A stretch of DNA of 20,000 bases, taken from positions 48,066-68,065 of IMG/VR virus record IMGVR_UViG_3300024279_000006, one strand, 5' to 3'. The notes under the pieces were generated by a model. The model had not been told where the DNA came from. It worked only from the letters and a program-made list of their open reading frames with translations, and searched no databases. The stretch comes from an uncultured virus (IMG/VR IMGVR_UViG_3300024279_000006). Lineage: Duplodnaviria; Heunggongvirae; Uroviricota; Caudoviricetes. The position numbers and the translations under genes were made by a program. Each line of letters starts with the position of its first letter. Within the stretch, counting starts at the first letter, position 1. Of the stretch, positions 1 through 8,656 are shown in pieces.

Positions 1-111
1 AACTTCTTTCCCTACAGGGAAACTCATTTGCGCTTCAGTGCCACAATTCGAGCACCACACTTTTACTGAGTACTGTCTGGCCGCTTCCGGTTCCCGCTCA
101 CTTGCTGCCAT
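1..111 (-). CDS. Partial small Zn-ribbon-type protein (5' end only; runs off the window)
   Basis: Not in ORF track. ATG at 111 after GGGAG SD, overlapping the end of 98..412; translates MAASEREPEAARQYSVKVWCSNCGTEAQMSFPVGKEV with a CxxC motif, open to base 1. Confidence 0.7.
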   Translation of the reverse strand, partial: MAASEREPEAARQYSVKVWCSNCGTEAQMSFPVGKEV

Positions 112-412
112 GTTCCCGCTCCCTTCGCTTGTCGCCGCGCACTGTAAAGCGCTTCCTAAACTCTCTGGTTTGAGTCGTGAAAATCCTCACTAAGCCGGTT
201 CTCCAAGCTCGGCAGTACTGTCTGCCGTACTCCGTGTCGAGGAACTCATATTCGTCGGCGCTGATGAGTCCGTTTGGGTATGCGTCACGGAGGTCACAGG
301 CTCGGTTGTAAATCGCGTCGATCTTTCTCCTCTGCCGTTTAAGCACCTCGGCATCCAGAGCCAAGAACAATTTGAGGTCATCCAGCGTCCGCTTGCGCTC
401 ACTCTTCGGCAT
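98..412 (-). CDS. Hypothetical phage protein
   Basis: ORF 98..457; better start ATG 412 (MPKSERKR) after AAGGGAG SD; overlaps neighbours in a tightly packed operon. Confidence 0.7.
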   Translation of the reverse strand: MPKSERKRTLDDLKLFLALDAEVLKRQRRKIDAIYNRACDLRDAYPNGLISADEYEFLDTEYGRQYCRAWRTGLVRIFTTQTREFRKRFTVRGDKRREREHGSK

Positions 413-653
413 GTCCTGGCTCCCTTTTTTGTTGCGGCACAAACATCGGCTTGACATGATACATTTCGTACATGCAGGCGGCTAAGTGGCACGCTTCGCG
501 CAGTTCGGTCGGCGTATATTTGGCCTCGCGCATGTGGTAATAAAACGTGTCCACAAGTACATGGAACGTTGCATCGTTGTGATACCGTTCCTCGACTGGC
601 GTGCGATTTGGGTACAAATTCATTGCTGCGTTATTCTCGCCCATCCCCTTCAC
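399..653 (-). CDS. Hypothetical phage protein
   Basis: 84-aa ORF in operon; start could be 653, 644 or 623. Confidence 0.65.
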   Translation of the reverse strand: MKGMGENNAAMNLYPNRTPVEERYHNDATFHVLVDTFYYHMREAKYTPTELREACHLAACMYEMYHVKPMFVPQQKREPGHAEE

Positions 654-686
654 CCATCCTCTCTGCTGCGCTCAGGGGCGCGGCGC

Positions 687-980
687 TCAACAATGCTTTG
701 CCATCCACCAAAACTTCACTTTTACGAGTTCGTTGATATTCTTCCAAAGGCGCTTCAGTCCATCGACGCCGCCATTTTCCTCGAAGCACTTTCGGCAGGT
801 GAATGGGTTGCCTCCGGCGCTCGACCCATCGTTTGTAAATATCCAGCGGAACTCGTCGCCAGCCTCAAACTTGTGTCCGCAGAAGTAGCAGCGAAACCAT
901 TTACCGTCCTTGCCGCCAGACCAAGGCAACTTGCACTGCTCTGGCGTAGCGTGAACAAAATCAATCATCCAATCTTGCAT
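687..980 (-). CDS. Small Zn-finger-like protein (CxxC...CxxC)
   Basis: CYFCGH and CRKC motifs; ATG 980 after GAGGGGG SD (track start 995). Confidence 0.7.
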   Translation of the reverse strand: MQDWMIDFVHATPEQCKLPWSGGKDGKWFRCYFCGHKFEAGDEFRWIFTNDGSSAGGNPFTCRKCFEENGGVDGLKRLWKNINELVKVKFWWMAKHC

Positions 981-1016
981 CCCGTTCCCCCTCACTTGGC
1001 TCCCGCGCAGGAGCCG

Positions 1017-1235
1017 CTAGGCTCGCTGGCCACGACTAGTCTCTTCGTGCTGCTGCCGCTCCATCTCTTCGTAATAAGCCTTTGATTGCTCAACACAGGC
1101 ATCGCAAACGCCGCAATCCATGCAATCGTCAGGGTCGCGCTCGTCATCCTCAGCATCCGGCTCACAAACGCATCTGCGCTGCCCACAATACGTACACAAG
1201 CCCTCGCCAGTAATCCAAGCGTCTAATCCGTCCAT
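1017..1235 (-). CDS. Cys-rich acidic small protein
   Basis: CTYC-x4-CVC and CMDCGVCDAC; GAGAGGGG SD upstream. Confidence 0.65.
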   Translation of the reverse strand: MDGLDAWITGEGLCTYCGQRRCVCEPDAEDDERDPDDCMDCGVCDACVEQSKAYYEEMERQQHEETSRGQRA

Positions 1236-1278
1236 GTTCCACCCCTCTCCGATGAAGGTTGCTGGCCGCGCCGCTGGG

Positions 1279-1614
1279 TCACAGTTTCAGCGTTGCCGGG
1301 TCGAACCACTTGTTCTTCATCAAATGGCCGATTCGCAACACTCTGCCGCCAACGCCTTCTGTCTCAACGCGGCAATGCTGCCCTTTCAGTTTCTCCCAAG
1401 TTTCCACTTCTAGCGTCCGCAGAATGGCGCCAATGAACTCCATGCCGTAAGCCGTCCCTACTCGGCGCTTCAGTTCGTTTTTATACTCGTCCAGCGCGTA
1501 ACCACCGAAGCCGCAACCCCAGCCATCGCCAGAGAGATGCAAGTAGCAGCTAAAGATTCCGTGGTCCTCGACGCCCAAAGTCGTTGCTACAATCTGGACA
1601 TTCTCAATTTTCAT
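1279..1614 (-). CDS. Conserved phage hypothetical protein
   Basis: Motif TLGVEDHGIF...GxGFGGYALD resembles a widespread uncharacterised phage family; strong GGAGGAG SD. Confidence 0.8.
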   Translation of the reverse strand: MKIENVQIVATTLGVEDHGIFSCYLHLSGDGWGCGFGGYALDEYKNELKRRVGTAYGMEFIGAILRTLEVETWEKLKGQHCRVETEGVGGRVLRIGHLMKNKWFDPATLKL

Positions 1615-1658
1615 CTCCGCTCCTCCTCGCCACCGTCAGGCAGCGAGCGAAAGTCACC

Positions 1659-1850
1659 TTACCGCTTACTCTCGGCCTTCGTCAGCCTCCGGCAGAGCCA
1701 CGCGGTTTTATTCGCGTAGACCTCGAAGCGCGTGAAGCATGGCTTGCAGCACTGGCTGCCCCGCACCTTTCGCACCACCACTTGCTTCGCTCGACAGTTC
1801 GAGCAAGTGCCCATAAACTCCCTACGCTTACCTGGCCTTCGTCCGCTCAT
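1659..1850 (-). CDS. Small basic Zn-finger-like protein
   Basis: CSNC and CKPC motifs; GGGAGG SD upstream of ATG 1850. Confidence 0.65.
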   Translation of the reverse strand: MSGRRPGKRREFMGTCSNCRAKQVVVRKVRGSQCCKPCFTRFEVYANKTAWLCRRLTKAESKR

Positions 1851-1888
1851 CCGCTTCCTCCCGCGAAACTCGATTGCTGTGCCGATAC

Positions 1889-2122
1889 CTAGCGGCTCTG
1901 GCTTATCGGCGTCAGCCAGCCACGCGATTCTGAGCCATGTAATTTTCTAAGAGTTTCTGGGTATGGTTCGCAGACAAAGTAGCCGCCGCCGCTATGTGCG
2001 GTACGCTCTTCGACATGCCAACCATCGGGACAATTGCAATAGCCAATAATGGGACCAGCAAGTGGACCCCCCTCACTCGGAAATTTACAATTTGGCTCAG
2101 GAGCTTTTTTATCAAGTAGCAT
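1889..2122 (-). CDS. Hypothetical protein (frame uncertain; overlapping hydrophobic ORF 1912..2115 is an alternative)
   Basis: Fills the gap between the methylase and 1659..1850; ATG at 2122 or 2128. Confidence 0.4.
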   Translation of the reverse strand: MLLDKKAPEPNCKFPSEGGPLAGPIIGYCNCPDGWHVEERTAHSGGGYFVCEPYPETLRKLHGSESRGWLTPISQSR

Positions 2123-2191
2123 CACCATCCTTCCCCGCGCCAGTAGCGCTCGAAACTCGATTGCTTGCAAGGACGCCCCGCCGCCAGCCGC

Positions 2192-3019
2192 CTAAAACAG
2201 CCGCGTTCCCATCTGCCAAGCCCGCTTGTTAATCCAAAGCACTTCTGTCCGCGCTCTAGCTCCGTCTGCACGGTGTTTCTTCTCGACGCGATGCCAGTCT
2301 TTGTACAGTTCCTCGTCATACAACGCACACGGATAGCCCGAAAGCACCACGAAGCCCTTGACCGCTTTTAGCTGCTCTGACAATTCCCGGTGGCCGTCGT
2401 CGGTCATGTCGTAGACGTAGACTGCATTGCCTCGCGCCATATTGCGCGTTGAGTGCGGATAGGGCGGGTCAACGTAAAAGAGAGTTTCGGTCGTGTCGTG
2501 CTGCGCGATAACGTCCGCTGCTGCCTTGTTTTCGATTACCACTCCGCGAAGCCGCTCAACGAAAGCCCTGACATGCGATGGATAGTTAACCCAGTCGTGC
2601 GCAGGCGTGGTTCCGGAGCGGTTGGAATTGCAGCGAAAGCCGGTCGCATATTCTCCATTGGTGCTGGCGCTTCCAAATCCGGCATAACTCCTAAGAATGG
2701 TCAACCTGGCGCACTCAACGTCCCCAATTCCTGACGGCCGGCGCTTGAATGCAGAGTCAAACTCGGTGCGGGAAAACGGGGTCAGTTCCAAGAGCGTTTT
2801 AAGCTGCTCGGCTTTCGCTGGGTCACGCATACAGAAAAACACGTTCACCACGGCGTCCCACATATCGTTGTAGACTTCCGCATAGGAGCGGGACTTCCGC
2901 ATGAGCACAGAACCTCCGCCGCCGAACGGCTCGACGTAGACGCGATGCTTTGGGAAGTGCGAAATAATCCAATCAGCCAACTTCCACTTCCCTCCGTGAT
3001 AGCGCAATACAGGCCTCAA
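2192..3019 (-). CDS. dam: DNA adenine methyltransferase, Dam/D12 class (alpha group)
   Basis: RYHGGKW start, EPFGGGGS SAM-binding motif I, YND motif, catalytic YVDPPY; TTG start with AAGGGAG SD. No cognate restriction gene is adjacent. Target sequence not determinable. Confidence 0.93.
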   Translation of the reverse strand: MRPVLRYHGGKWKLADWIISHFPKHRVYVEPFGGGGSVLMRKSRSYAEVYNDMWDAVVNVFFCMRDPAKAEQLKTLLELTPFSRTEFDSAFKRRPSGIGDVECARLTILRSYAGFGSASTNGEYATGFRCNSNRSGTTPAHDWVNYPSHVRAFVERLRGVVIENKAAADVIAQHDTTETLFYVDPPYPHSTRNMARGNAVYVYDMTDDGHRELSEQLKAVKGFVVLSGYPCALYDEELYKDWHRVEKKHRADGARARTEVLWINKRAWQMGTRLF

Positions 3020-3094
3020 ATCTTCTCCCTTTCAGTGCGCCAGCGCCGCAGCGAGACGCCCATGCAAGCAATCACCTAATCCCAAAGTCTCCCG

Positions 3095-3940
3095 TCATGC
3101 CACTTGGTTCTTGTGAGTCAACAATGGCATTTGTGGTTGTTCTCCAAATAGCTTCAGCGCGTCGTGCACGGCATCCATTGGCCAACCTTGTTGATTCAAT
3201 AATTGTAGAAAACCCAACGTGTCACCCCGCAGTAAGCAAACTTCTGCTGTGGTGGTCTTGCGGGAATGACATGGAATGCACGTCGTCAGTAAGTTTCTGC
3301 CGTCGTTAGAAGCGAACATCCGAAAGGGAACTATGTGGTCTACGTGCAAAATAACACCGCGCTCTTTGATTCTTCCACACACTCGGCAAGTATTTCGATC
3401 TCTCTTCCGAATTTTTTTAGACTTCTGCGGCCAATCCGTTCCCCTAAAATGGTCATCTCCTCGGAATTGAGGCGAGTTTACGCCTCGATTGTGCGCAATG
3501 AAACATTGGCGTGAGCAAAAAGTTCGTTTCACCCGAGTCCTTAGTGCTTTAGCACGTTGGAATATATTTCGACAATGGGGGCAACGGAGGGATATTTTGG
3601 TATCTTGGGTAGCACCTCGACATTTTCGCGAGCAGAATCTCCTGTTGGTCGTCCGTTTAGATTTGAAGTCTTTCTTGCAGGTTTGGCATTTTAGAACAAC
3701 CCATGCGTTCCTAAAGACGTTGTAACACTCCCTTGAGCAAAATCGCGTGCGACCTGTAGTCCTCTCAACGGTCCAAGTCTTTTTGCATATAGAGCAGGTT
3801 TTAGTTGGTCGTTTGGATCGTGAATGCTCATAGAAACAACGTGGAGAGCAAAACTTGGTTTTCACACTTGGGCGAAATGGGAAGTATTTAACTGGACTTC
3901 CACATTGTCCGCAAGGGCGCGGCTCACGGTCTTTATTCAT
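3095..3940 (-). CDS. HNH endonuclease with four N-terminal CxxC...FCSxxC Zn-finger repeats
   Basis: Repeats ending FCSPRC, FCSREC, FCSRKC, FCSRQC; C-terminal RDRNTCRVCG...HVDHIVPF...NLLTTCIPCHSRK HNH domain. Confidence 0.88.
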   Translation of the reverse strand: MNKDREPRPCGQCGSPVKYFPFRPSVKTKFCSPRCFYEHSRSKRPTKTCSICKKTWTVERTTGRTRFCSRECYNVFRNAWVVLKCQTCKKDFKSKRTTNRRFCSRKCRGATQDTKISLRCPHCRNIFQRAKALRTRVKRTFCSRQCFIAHNRGVNSPQFRGDDHFRGTDWPQKSKKIRKRDRNTCRVCGRIKERGVILHVDHIVPFRMFASNDGRNLLTTCIPCHSRKTTTAEVCLLRGDTLGFLQLLNQQGWPMDAVHDALKLFGEQPQMPLLTHKNQVA

Positions 3941-3941
3941 C

Positions 3942-4406
3942 TCAGTACGCTTTCTTCGTGCCGGCTAGATTCTGAATCTCGTCATGGGACAGGTCCGCGA
4001 AGCAAGCATTGAGAAACTCTATTAGGTCGTCGCTGGTTTTCAGTTCCGCGTGCATCTCTAATCTCTTCACTGTGCGACACCATTCGTCGGCCAACGAACG
4101 CGAGACACGGTAGCGAAGGATTGTGTCCGGTTCCTGCTTCTCGGCCTTCCTAGAGGCTGCAAATGCTGAAAGTGTGGTTCCTTGTCCGGCGGCGGCGATA
4201 GCTTTTTCGTTCCAACCCTGCTCTCGCTTATGGTGAACGGCTTGAAACTTCCGCTTGATCGTCGCCTTCGTTGCTCCGGTAGCTTTGGCCAGTATTTCGG
4301 CTTCACGGTCCACGTGCTCAGGTCCACACTGGAAAGCAATTGAGACAATGGCCGCCCATGCGTTGCCGTGGCTGGCGATGTACTGCTGCATGGAGCTGGG
4401 AGTCAT
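3942..4406 (-). CDS. Hypothetical protein
   Basis: 154-aa ORF whose start overlaps the recombinase stop; helical composition. Confidence 0.7.
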   Translation of the reverse strand: MTPSSMQQYIASHGNAWAAIVSIAFQCGPEHVDREAEILAKATGATKATIKRKFQAVHHKREQGWNEKAIAAAGQGTTLSAFAASRKAEKQEPDTILRYRVSRSLADEWCRTVKRLEMHAELKTSDDLIEFLNACFADLSHDEIQNLAGTKKAY

Positions 4407-6052
4407 GGATTAAACAGGGTTCCTTCTCGCCCAGGAGCGCGGTCTTTCTGTATCACTGGCACCTTGCCGTCAAATTCTCGTCCAGCCAGCATCTTGAATC
4501 CGACTAGGTTCCAAAAGTCTCCGTTTTGCGTTACCAGAAACTCCCCGCTCTTGCCTTTTGCCTTACTGACGTATTCAAACAGGTCACGGTCAAAAGCAGA
4601 GTACCAACGGTCTCCGCTTTCGGTTTTGATGAGCACGTTCATGTACGGCGCCGACGGCTTGCGTGCGGAGCCTTTCGTCATTTTCTCGGTGAAGTGTTGG
4701 ATGGTTCCTTTTACAATAGACGGCGCAGTGCTGGCAGAGGGCACAGATCCAGCACTGGCCGTGGGTTTTGAGTTTGTCTCCTTTCGTGAGGTTGTGGGAG
4801 CAGCCGCACTTTGAGCCGCGGACGACGCGGCCTTGTTTTGTGCTACTCCCTTTCCCTGTGGGGGAACTTGTTTGGGTAGAATCTCGATCACGCGGTAATT
4901 CAACTGCTGCGCCATCGCGTGAATAGTGGCAACGTCCGACGGAAGGATGTGCCACCAGTCACCCGCCCATTTCGCCGTGCAGTGCTTTTGAATCAAATCG
5001 AGCAGGTTTCCCAAGTCACCGCGGATGATTGGGTCGTTGGCGTCGGTAAGGTCTAACTCGATGGTTCCGTTAGGGGATTGGGGCGCGGCGATGTCTATTG
5101 CCGCGTTCTGCGTCTCCGGCTGGTCACTCGCCGTAGTTTTCGCAGCCTTCGCGCCCACAAGTTCAGCATCGGCCGCTTCCACGCGTGCAAGAGCGGCTTC
5201 GGCTTGCTTGGCTTTCTCGGAGCCTGGTTCGTGGCCATGCGCAAGTTTTTCGTCCAACACTTCTTGCTGCCGTTGCTTTCCAAGTTGCCGATGCGCTTCG
5301 TAGGTTACAGGCTGGCCGGATGGCGTGAATCCGTTGGCGTCGGTAATGATGCGGCCGCCTTCGGTGTAGTCCTGATCGGCTTGTACCATTTCTTCGCTGG
5401 TGTAAATGTCGGACAGGTCCGGGTAGCCTTTGCGAATCGCTTGAGCTTCGGCGCATTTCGCTAACATTAAACGGGGCATACGGTTGTAGAAGTCAGCCTT
5501 AGATTCGGTCAAATCTCGCGGCGCAAACTCATCCCAATACGCCACGCCAACGATAGGATGCTCTAATCCCTTCTTCCATAACCGGATTGTGGCGCTCTCT
5601 GGTATCGGCTTCCCGGCTGGTGTCTTGATGCCAGACATTACAAACTGCGGTTCATCGCACCCGCCAAAGTCTTTATGATGACGTCCGGCCAGCGCTCGCA
5701 GTCCGTCGATCCCCATCTGGATTGTCATTTGCTTTCCGGCAACCCAAATTCCTTTTTCGTCCGTGTGGTGTTTGGTGACGTTGCGCATCACGGCGTAAAT
5801 CTGGCGGGTGATGGGATCTAGCTTGTGCTTGCGGCAGGTCCAAAGGAATAGCGCAAACTCGTCGTTGCTGGCGCCCTTGCACACCGTCCGCTTGAGTAGT
5901 TCGATCTCGTCGCCAGTCAGCGCGCGCTCACGGTTGCGCTGCACGATAATCGGCCGCGGGAGTGCTACCGCTGGAACGATGGCGCTAGAAGGGGGTTGTT
6001 TCGTCTTTGTCGGTTTTGAACGGCTTGCGCGCTTCTTTGTCTTCTTCGGCAT
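4403..6052 (-). CDS. bet: Single-strand annealing recombinase, Red-beta/Bet (RecT superfamily), with long C-terminal extension
   Basis: GASNDEFALFLWTCRKHKLDPITRQIY, IQMGIDGLRALA and MPRLMLAKCAEAQAIRKGYPDLSDIYTSEEM are hallmark Bet motifs. Confidence 0.9.
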   Translation of the reverse strand: MPKKTKKRASRSKPTKTKQPPSSAIVPAVALPRPIIVQRNRERALTGDEIELLKRTVCKGASNDEFALFLWTCRKHKLDPITRQIYAVMRNVTKHHTDEKGIWVAGKQMTIQMGIDGLRALAGRHHKDFGGCDEPQFVMSGIKTPAGKPIPESATIRLWKKGLEHPIVGVAYWDEFAPRDLTESKADFYNRMPRLMLAKCAEAQAIRKGYPDLSDIYTSEEMVQADQDYTEGGRIITDANGFTPSGQPVTYEAHRQLGKQRQQEVLDEKLAHGHEPGSEKAKQAEAALARVEAADAELVGAKAAKTTASDQPETQNAAIDIAAPQSPNGTIELDLTDANDPIIRGDLGNLLDLIQKHCTAKWAGDWWHILPSDVATIHAMAQQLNYRVIEILPKQVPPQGKGVAQNKAASSAAQSAAAPTTSRKETNSKPTASAGSVPSASTAPSIVKGTIQHFTEKMTKGSARKPSAPYMNVLIKTESGDRWYSAFDRDLFEYVSKAKGKSGEFLVTQNGDFWNLVGFKMLAGREFDGKVPVIQKDRAPGREGTLFNP

Positions 6053-6275
6053 GTTCTTCCTCGATCTTTCTGCATGGAAACTTTGGCTTGATGGTTTTCA
6101 AGAAGTGACTGCCCTTTGACTCGGCTTGCTGAAACGCTTCCCAATCCGCCGGCGTAAAGTTGCTGTAGTGGTAGACCTTCTCCGGGTGAGCACGAAAAGA
6201 CAATTCAAGCACTTGGCTTGCTGCGTCATAAGCGGCGGTAGAAAGCAAAGATGATTCAATGGCGGTTCTCTTCAT
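5985..6275 (-). CDS. KTSC domain protein
   Basis: ESSLLSTAAYDAASQVLELSF...YHYSN...AESKGSHF matches the KTSC pattern; ATG 6275 with AAGGAG SD. Confidence 0.88.
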   Translation of the reverse strand: MKRTAIESSLLSTAAYDAASQVLELSFRAHPEKVYHYSNFTPADWEAFQQAESKGSHFLKTIKPKFPCRKIEEEHAEEDKEARKPFKTDKDETTPF

Positions 6276-6738
6276 ATTTTCTCCTTGCGACGCTGATCTT
6301 GCGCCTGCGTTCCTTTTCTGTTTCTGCTGTGGGTTTCCGTCGATTAGCCGATTGCTCTTTTCTAGTTGCCCACCGGCAATTCCCAGGTTCATAATTGCCG
6401 TCGTTGTTGATTCGCTCTATTGTGTGCAGCGGAGTTGGTTTCGGTCCCATGTCAGCTAGAAAATTTGCAAACTTAGCCCACCGTTCGCACACTTTAATGC
6501 CCCGTCCTCCATAGTAAGGAAAGGCCACGGCTTTGGGATTTAGGCACCTGTAGCGCATCATGAACCACGACCTTCGCTCTGGTGAGTAACCTTTACGTTG
6601 AAAGTACTTTCGCTTGGCTTCCTTTATCTGTTCCAGGTGTTCGGCACGATATTTGTGTACTCGTGCCAAAATCTTGTCCCTGTTCGCTAGATAATAAAGA
6701 TGAGCAGAAAGTTTCCTCCGGTCCGTTTTTGGTTTCAT
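6256..6738 (-). CDS. HNH-type homing endonuclease (YGGRGI.VC.RW family)
   Basis: MRYRCLNP...YYGGRGIKVCERW...FLADMG...IERINNDGNYEPGNCRWATRKEQSANRR. Confidence 0.88.
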   Translation of the reverse strand: MKPKTDRRKLSAHLYYLANRDKILARVHKYRAEHLEQIKEAKRKYFQRKGYSPERRSWFMMRYRCLNPKAVAFPYYGGRGIKVCERWAKFANFLADMGPKPTPLHTIERINNDGNYEPGNCRWATRKEQSANRRKPTAETEKERRRKISVARRKYEENRH

Positions 6739-7511
6739 ACTTTGCCGCCGAATGCGTCTTTGGCTTCACAAGTCACGCCAGGAATCTCTTTGTTGAATTG
6801 CTCGGGGTCTTTCAGTTCCTTTGCGTAGGCGGCCAGCTCGCGTTCATTCAATACCACAAAGCGTGAGAGAAACTGCACGCGCTTGGTGTCGGTCTTCTTG
6901 TACGCTTTGAGCATCGCGCGAATCAATTCCTTTGGGTCTCCGATGGTGATCGGGTAATTGGTGGTCTGTCGCACGCTGGTCTTGGGTAGGCTCGGCTGCA
7001 CGCGAACCTCTGGCGCTGGCTCTTTCGCTATTTCTGCGGCTTCGCGCTTGGTGATCTCGCCAGTTTTAACCTGGGCTTTCAAGTCAGCGTCACGCTTGCG
7101 CTGCGCTTCTTCGTTCAGTCGGCGCTGTTCTTCTTCGGCGGCCGCTTTTTCCTTGCGGGAGTAGTCTCCCATTTTCATATTCAGAACGCCGCGCGCCTCT
7201 TCTGCTCGGTTCTTATTTCTGTTGAAGCGTTGCTGGATGAAGTCGAGCACCTTCCGCACTTTCAATTTGTACGGCTCCATGCACGCTTCTGATGCCGACG
7301 TGGTGTGCTTGAGTTCGGCGATCAGATTCCCAGCCTCGGCGAAAGAGTCCGCGTCTTTCACTTCCAACGCGCGCGCTTTGTTGAAAAGCGCAGTGGCTTC
7401 CGTTTCGTGCTGGTCCATCTCGGTCAGCGACTCTTGCCAGCGGTCGAGAACGATAGGGCTTAGACTAGTCTCCACGTTTGACGGATGTACTACTATTTCC
7501 TGTGTGTCCAT
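6735..7511 (-). CDS. Coiled-coil phage protein of the recombination module (Gp157/Gam-like, tentative)
   Basis: ATG 7511 with GGAGG SD; long charged helices; C-terminal EIPGV motif; located near bet. Confidence 0.6.
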   Translation of the reverse strand: MDTQEIVVHPSNVETSLSPIVLDRWQESLTEMDQHETEATALFNKARALEVKDADSFAEAGNLIAELKHTTSASEACMEPYKLKVRKVLDFIQQRFNRNKNRAEEARGVLNMKMGDYSRKEKAAAEEEQRRLNEEAQRKRDADLKAQVKTGEITKREAAEIAKEPAPEVRVQPSLPKTSVRQTTNYPITIGDPKELIRAMLKAYKKTDTKRVQFLSRFVVLNERELAAYAKELKDPEQFNKEIPGVTCEAKDAFGGKV

Positions 7512-7525
7512 TCTTTCCTCCAGAT

Positions 7526-7924
7526 TTATAAAATTTCCTGTTTCAACGTCCAAACCTTTTTTGCTCCGCGCACTCCGTCTTTCGGGCGTAACTTCCAACC
7601 ATGCAACAGAACCAAACCACCGGCGTCCTTCCACTTCTCGAACTCAGGAATGGCCAGAATCTTTGCGCGATGCTTTGAAATGCTGGTCCAGTCCGTTGTT
7701 TGTATTAGGGCAATTTCGCGCCTGTCTTTGGTCGTTAAAACTCCATTGTCCAAAAATGAATCAGTCCAACTCAGGCGGCACGCCAGAATATCCCCGAATC
7801 CCCACACATCTTGACGAACGCCAAACTTCATTCCAGGGAAGTGCTTCCACTTCTCGACAACGGCCACAGTCCAGCCCGTATCTTTCAAATGCTTTAGGCT
7901 GCGCTGCATGGGTTTCGATGCCAT
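7526..7924 (-). CDS. PD-(D/E)xK-fold nuclease (Holliday-junction-resolvase-like phage family)
   Basis: QRSLKHLKDTGWTVAVVEKW...QDVWGFGDILAC...IALIQTT...HGW; ATG 7924 overlaps the upstream TAA. Confidence 0.7.
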   Translation of the reverse strand: MASKPMQRSLKHLKDTGWTVAVVEKWKHFPGMKFGVRQDVWGFGDILACRLSWTDSFLDNGVLTTKDRREIALIQTTDWTSISKHRAKILAIPEFEKWKDAGGLVLLHGWKLRPKDGVRGAKKVWTLKQEIL

Positions 7925-8184
7925 TAGAGTGACAACACTCCCGCAATAATCAAATACGAAACGGCGCAAATCGCCACAACCTTCAGTAGAAAGAACCCGA
8001 CAGCCTTTGCCAATTTGATATTGGCCGCGCGGTTCTGCTTGCGCTCGCGTGCGTAAAACTTCCGCAAGGCTTCCTTCTCGCGCTCGTCTTCGATCTCCAA
8101 ACCTTTGATGGCCACTTCCACATCTTGACGGCTGGGTGTCTGGTAGTTCACGTAAAAGCCTCCTAGCGGATAGTGTCGGCTCAC
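7924..8184 (-). CDS. Small membrane protein (C-terminal hydrophobic segment)
   Basis: AVGFFLLKVVAICAVSYLIIAGVLSL; coupled to neighbours. Confidence 0.7.
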   Translation of the reverse strand: MSRHYPLGGFYVNYQTPSRQDVEVAIKGLEIEDEREKEALRKFYARERKQNRAANIKLAKAVGFFLLKVVAICAVSYLIIAGVLSL

Positions 8185-8465
8185 TGGTTCACTGCCTCAT
8201 AAGCTCTTTGCAAATAGCGCTGCAAGCGGTCAGCAATGACGTGCTCCGTACAACCGCACTCGCCGTCGATCTGAACTTCCTCCACGGTGATGCTCCGGTC
8301 GTGCTCGCAACCGTTCTTGCCGTGGTCACTGATTGGGTGGAAACATTCCCCACACTCAACCTCGGGCGGTTCAAACTGCGGCATGGTCTTGTGCGCCAGT
8401 ACGTCAACGGGATTCTCTCCGCGTTCTAGGGCGCCTTCCACTATGCGGTCGTATTCTTCGATCAT
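8181..8465 (-). CDS. Hypothetical acidic Cys/His protein
   Basis: CGECFHPISDH...C...CGC; ATGA overlaps on both sides. Confidence 0.7.
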   Translation of the reverse strand: MIEEYDRIVEGALERGENPVDVLAHKTMPQFEPPEVECGECFHPISDHGKNGCEHDRSITVEEVQIDGECGCTEHVIADRLQRYLQRAYEAVNQ

Positions 8466-8656
8466 GACGATGCCCCCGTTTTCAAAAATTCATCAATGGT
8501 GATTTCCTTCACCGCGAACACGCCAGAGTACCCAAACTTCTCGCGCGCTTCCTCTTCGGTCTCGGCGGCAACATACGTTACCCCTACCTTCCCGCTGGTA
8601 GCTGTGAATTTCGGGAAGCTCTCGTTAAAAGTGTGAGCTACTGCGAATATCTTCAC
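8462..8656 (-). CDS. Hypothetical protein
   Basis: GTG 8656 overlaps the upstream TGA, GGAG SD; YVAAETEEEAREKF motif typical of small phage proteins. Confidence 0.7.
   Translation of the reverse strand: MKIFAVAHTFNESFPKFTATSGKVGVTYVAAETEEEAREKFGYSGVFAVKEITIDEFLKTGASS

Noticed and set aside
7..22. Near-perfect palindrome TTTCCCT-AC-AGGGAAA
   Set aside because: Single copy inside a probable coding region; no supporting context.
998..1015. Hairpin GGCTCC-N6-GGAGCC between genes
   Set aside because: No U-tract on either strand, so not called a terminator.
486..1085. 199-aa plus-strand ORF
   Set aside because: Antisense shadow of well-supported minus-strand genes; no recognisable motif.
3033..3098. 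Short frame MTGDFGIR*LLAWRLAAALAH* hinting at TGA readthrough or recoding
   Set aside because: TGA, TAG and TAA all end genes normally elsewhere in the window; more likely a gene remnant.
7222..7932. 236-aa plus-strand ORF
   Set aside because: Ser-rich antisense shadow of two minus-strand genes.
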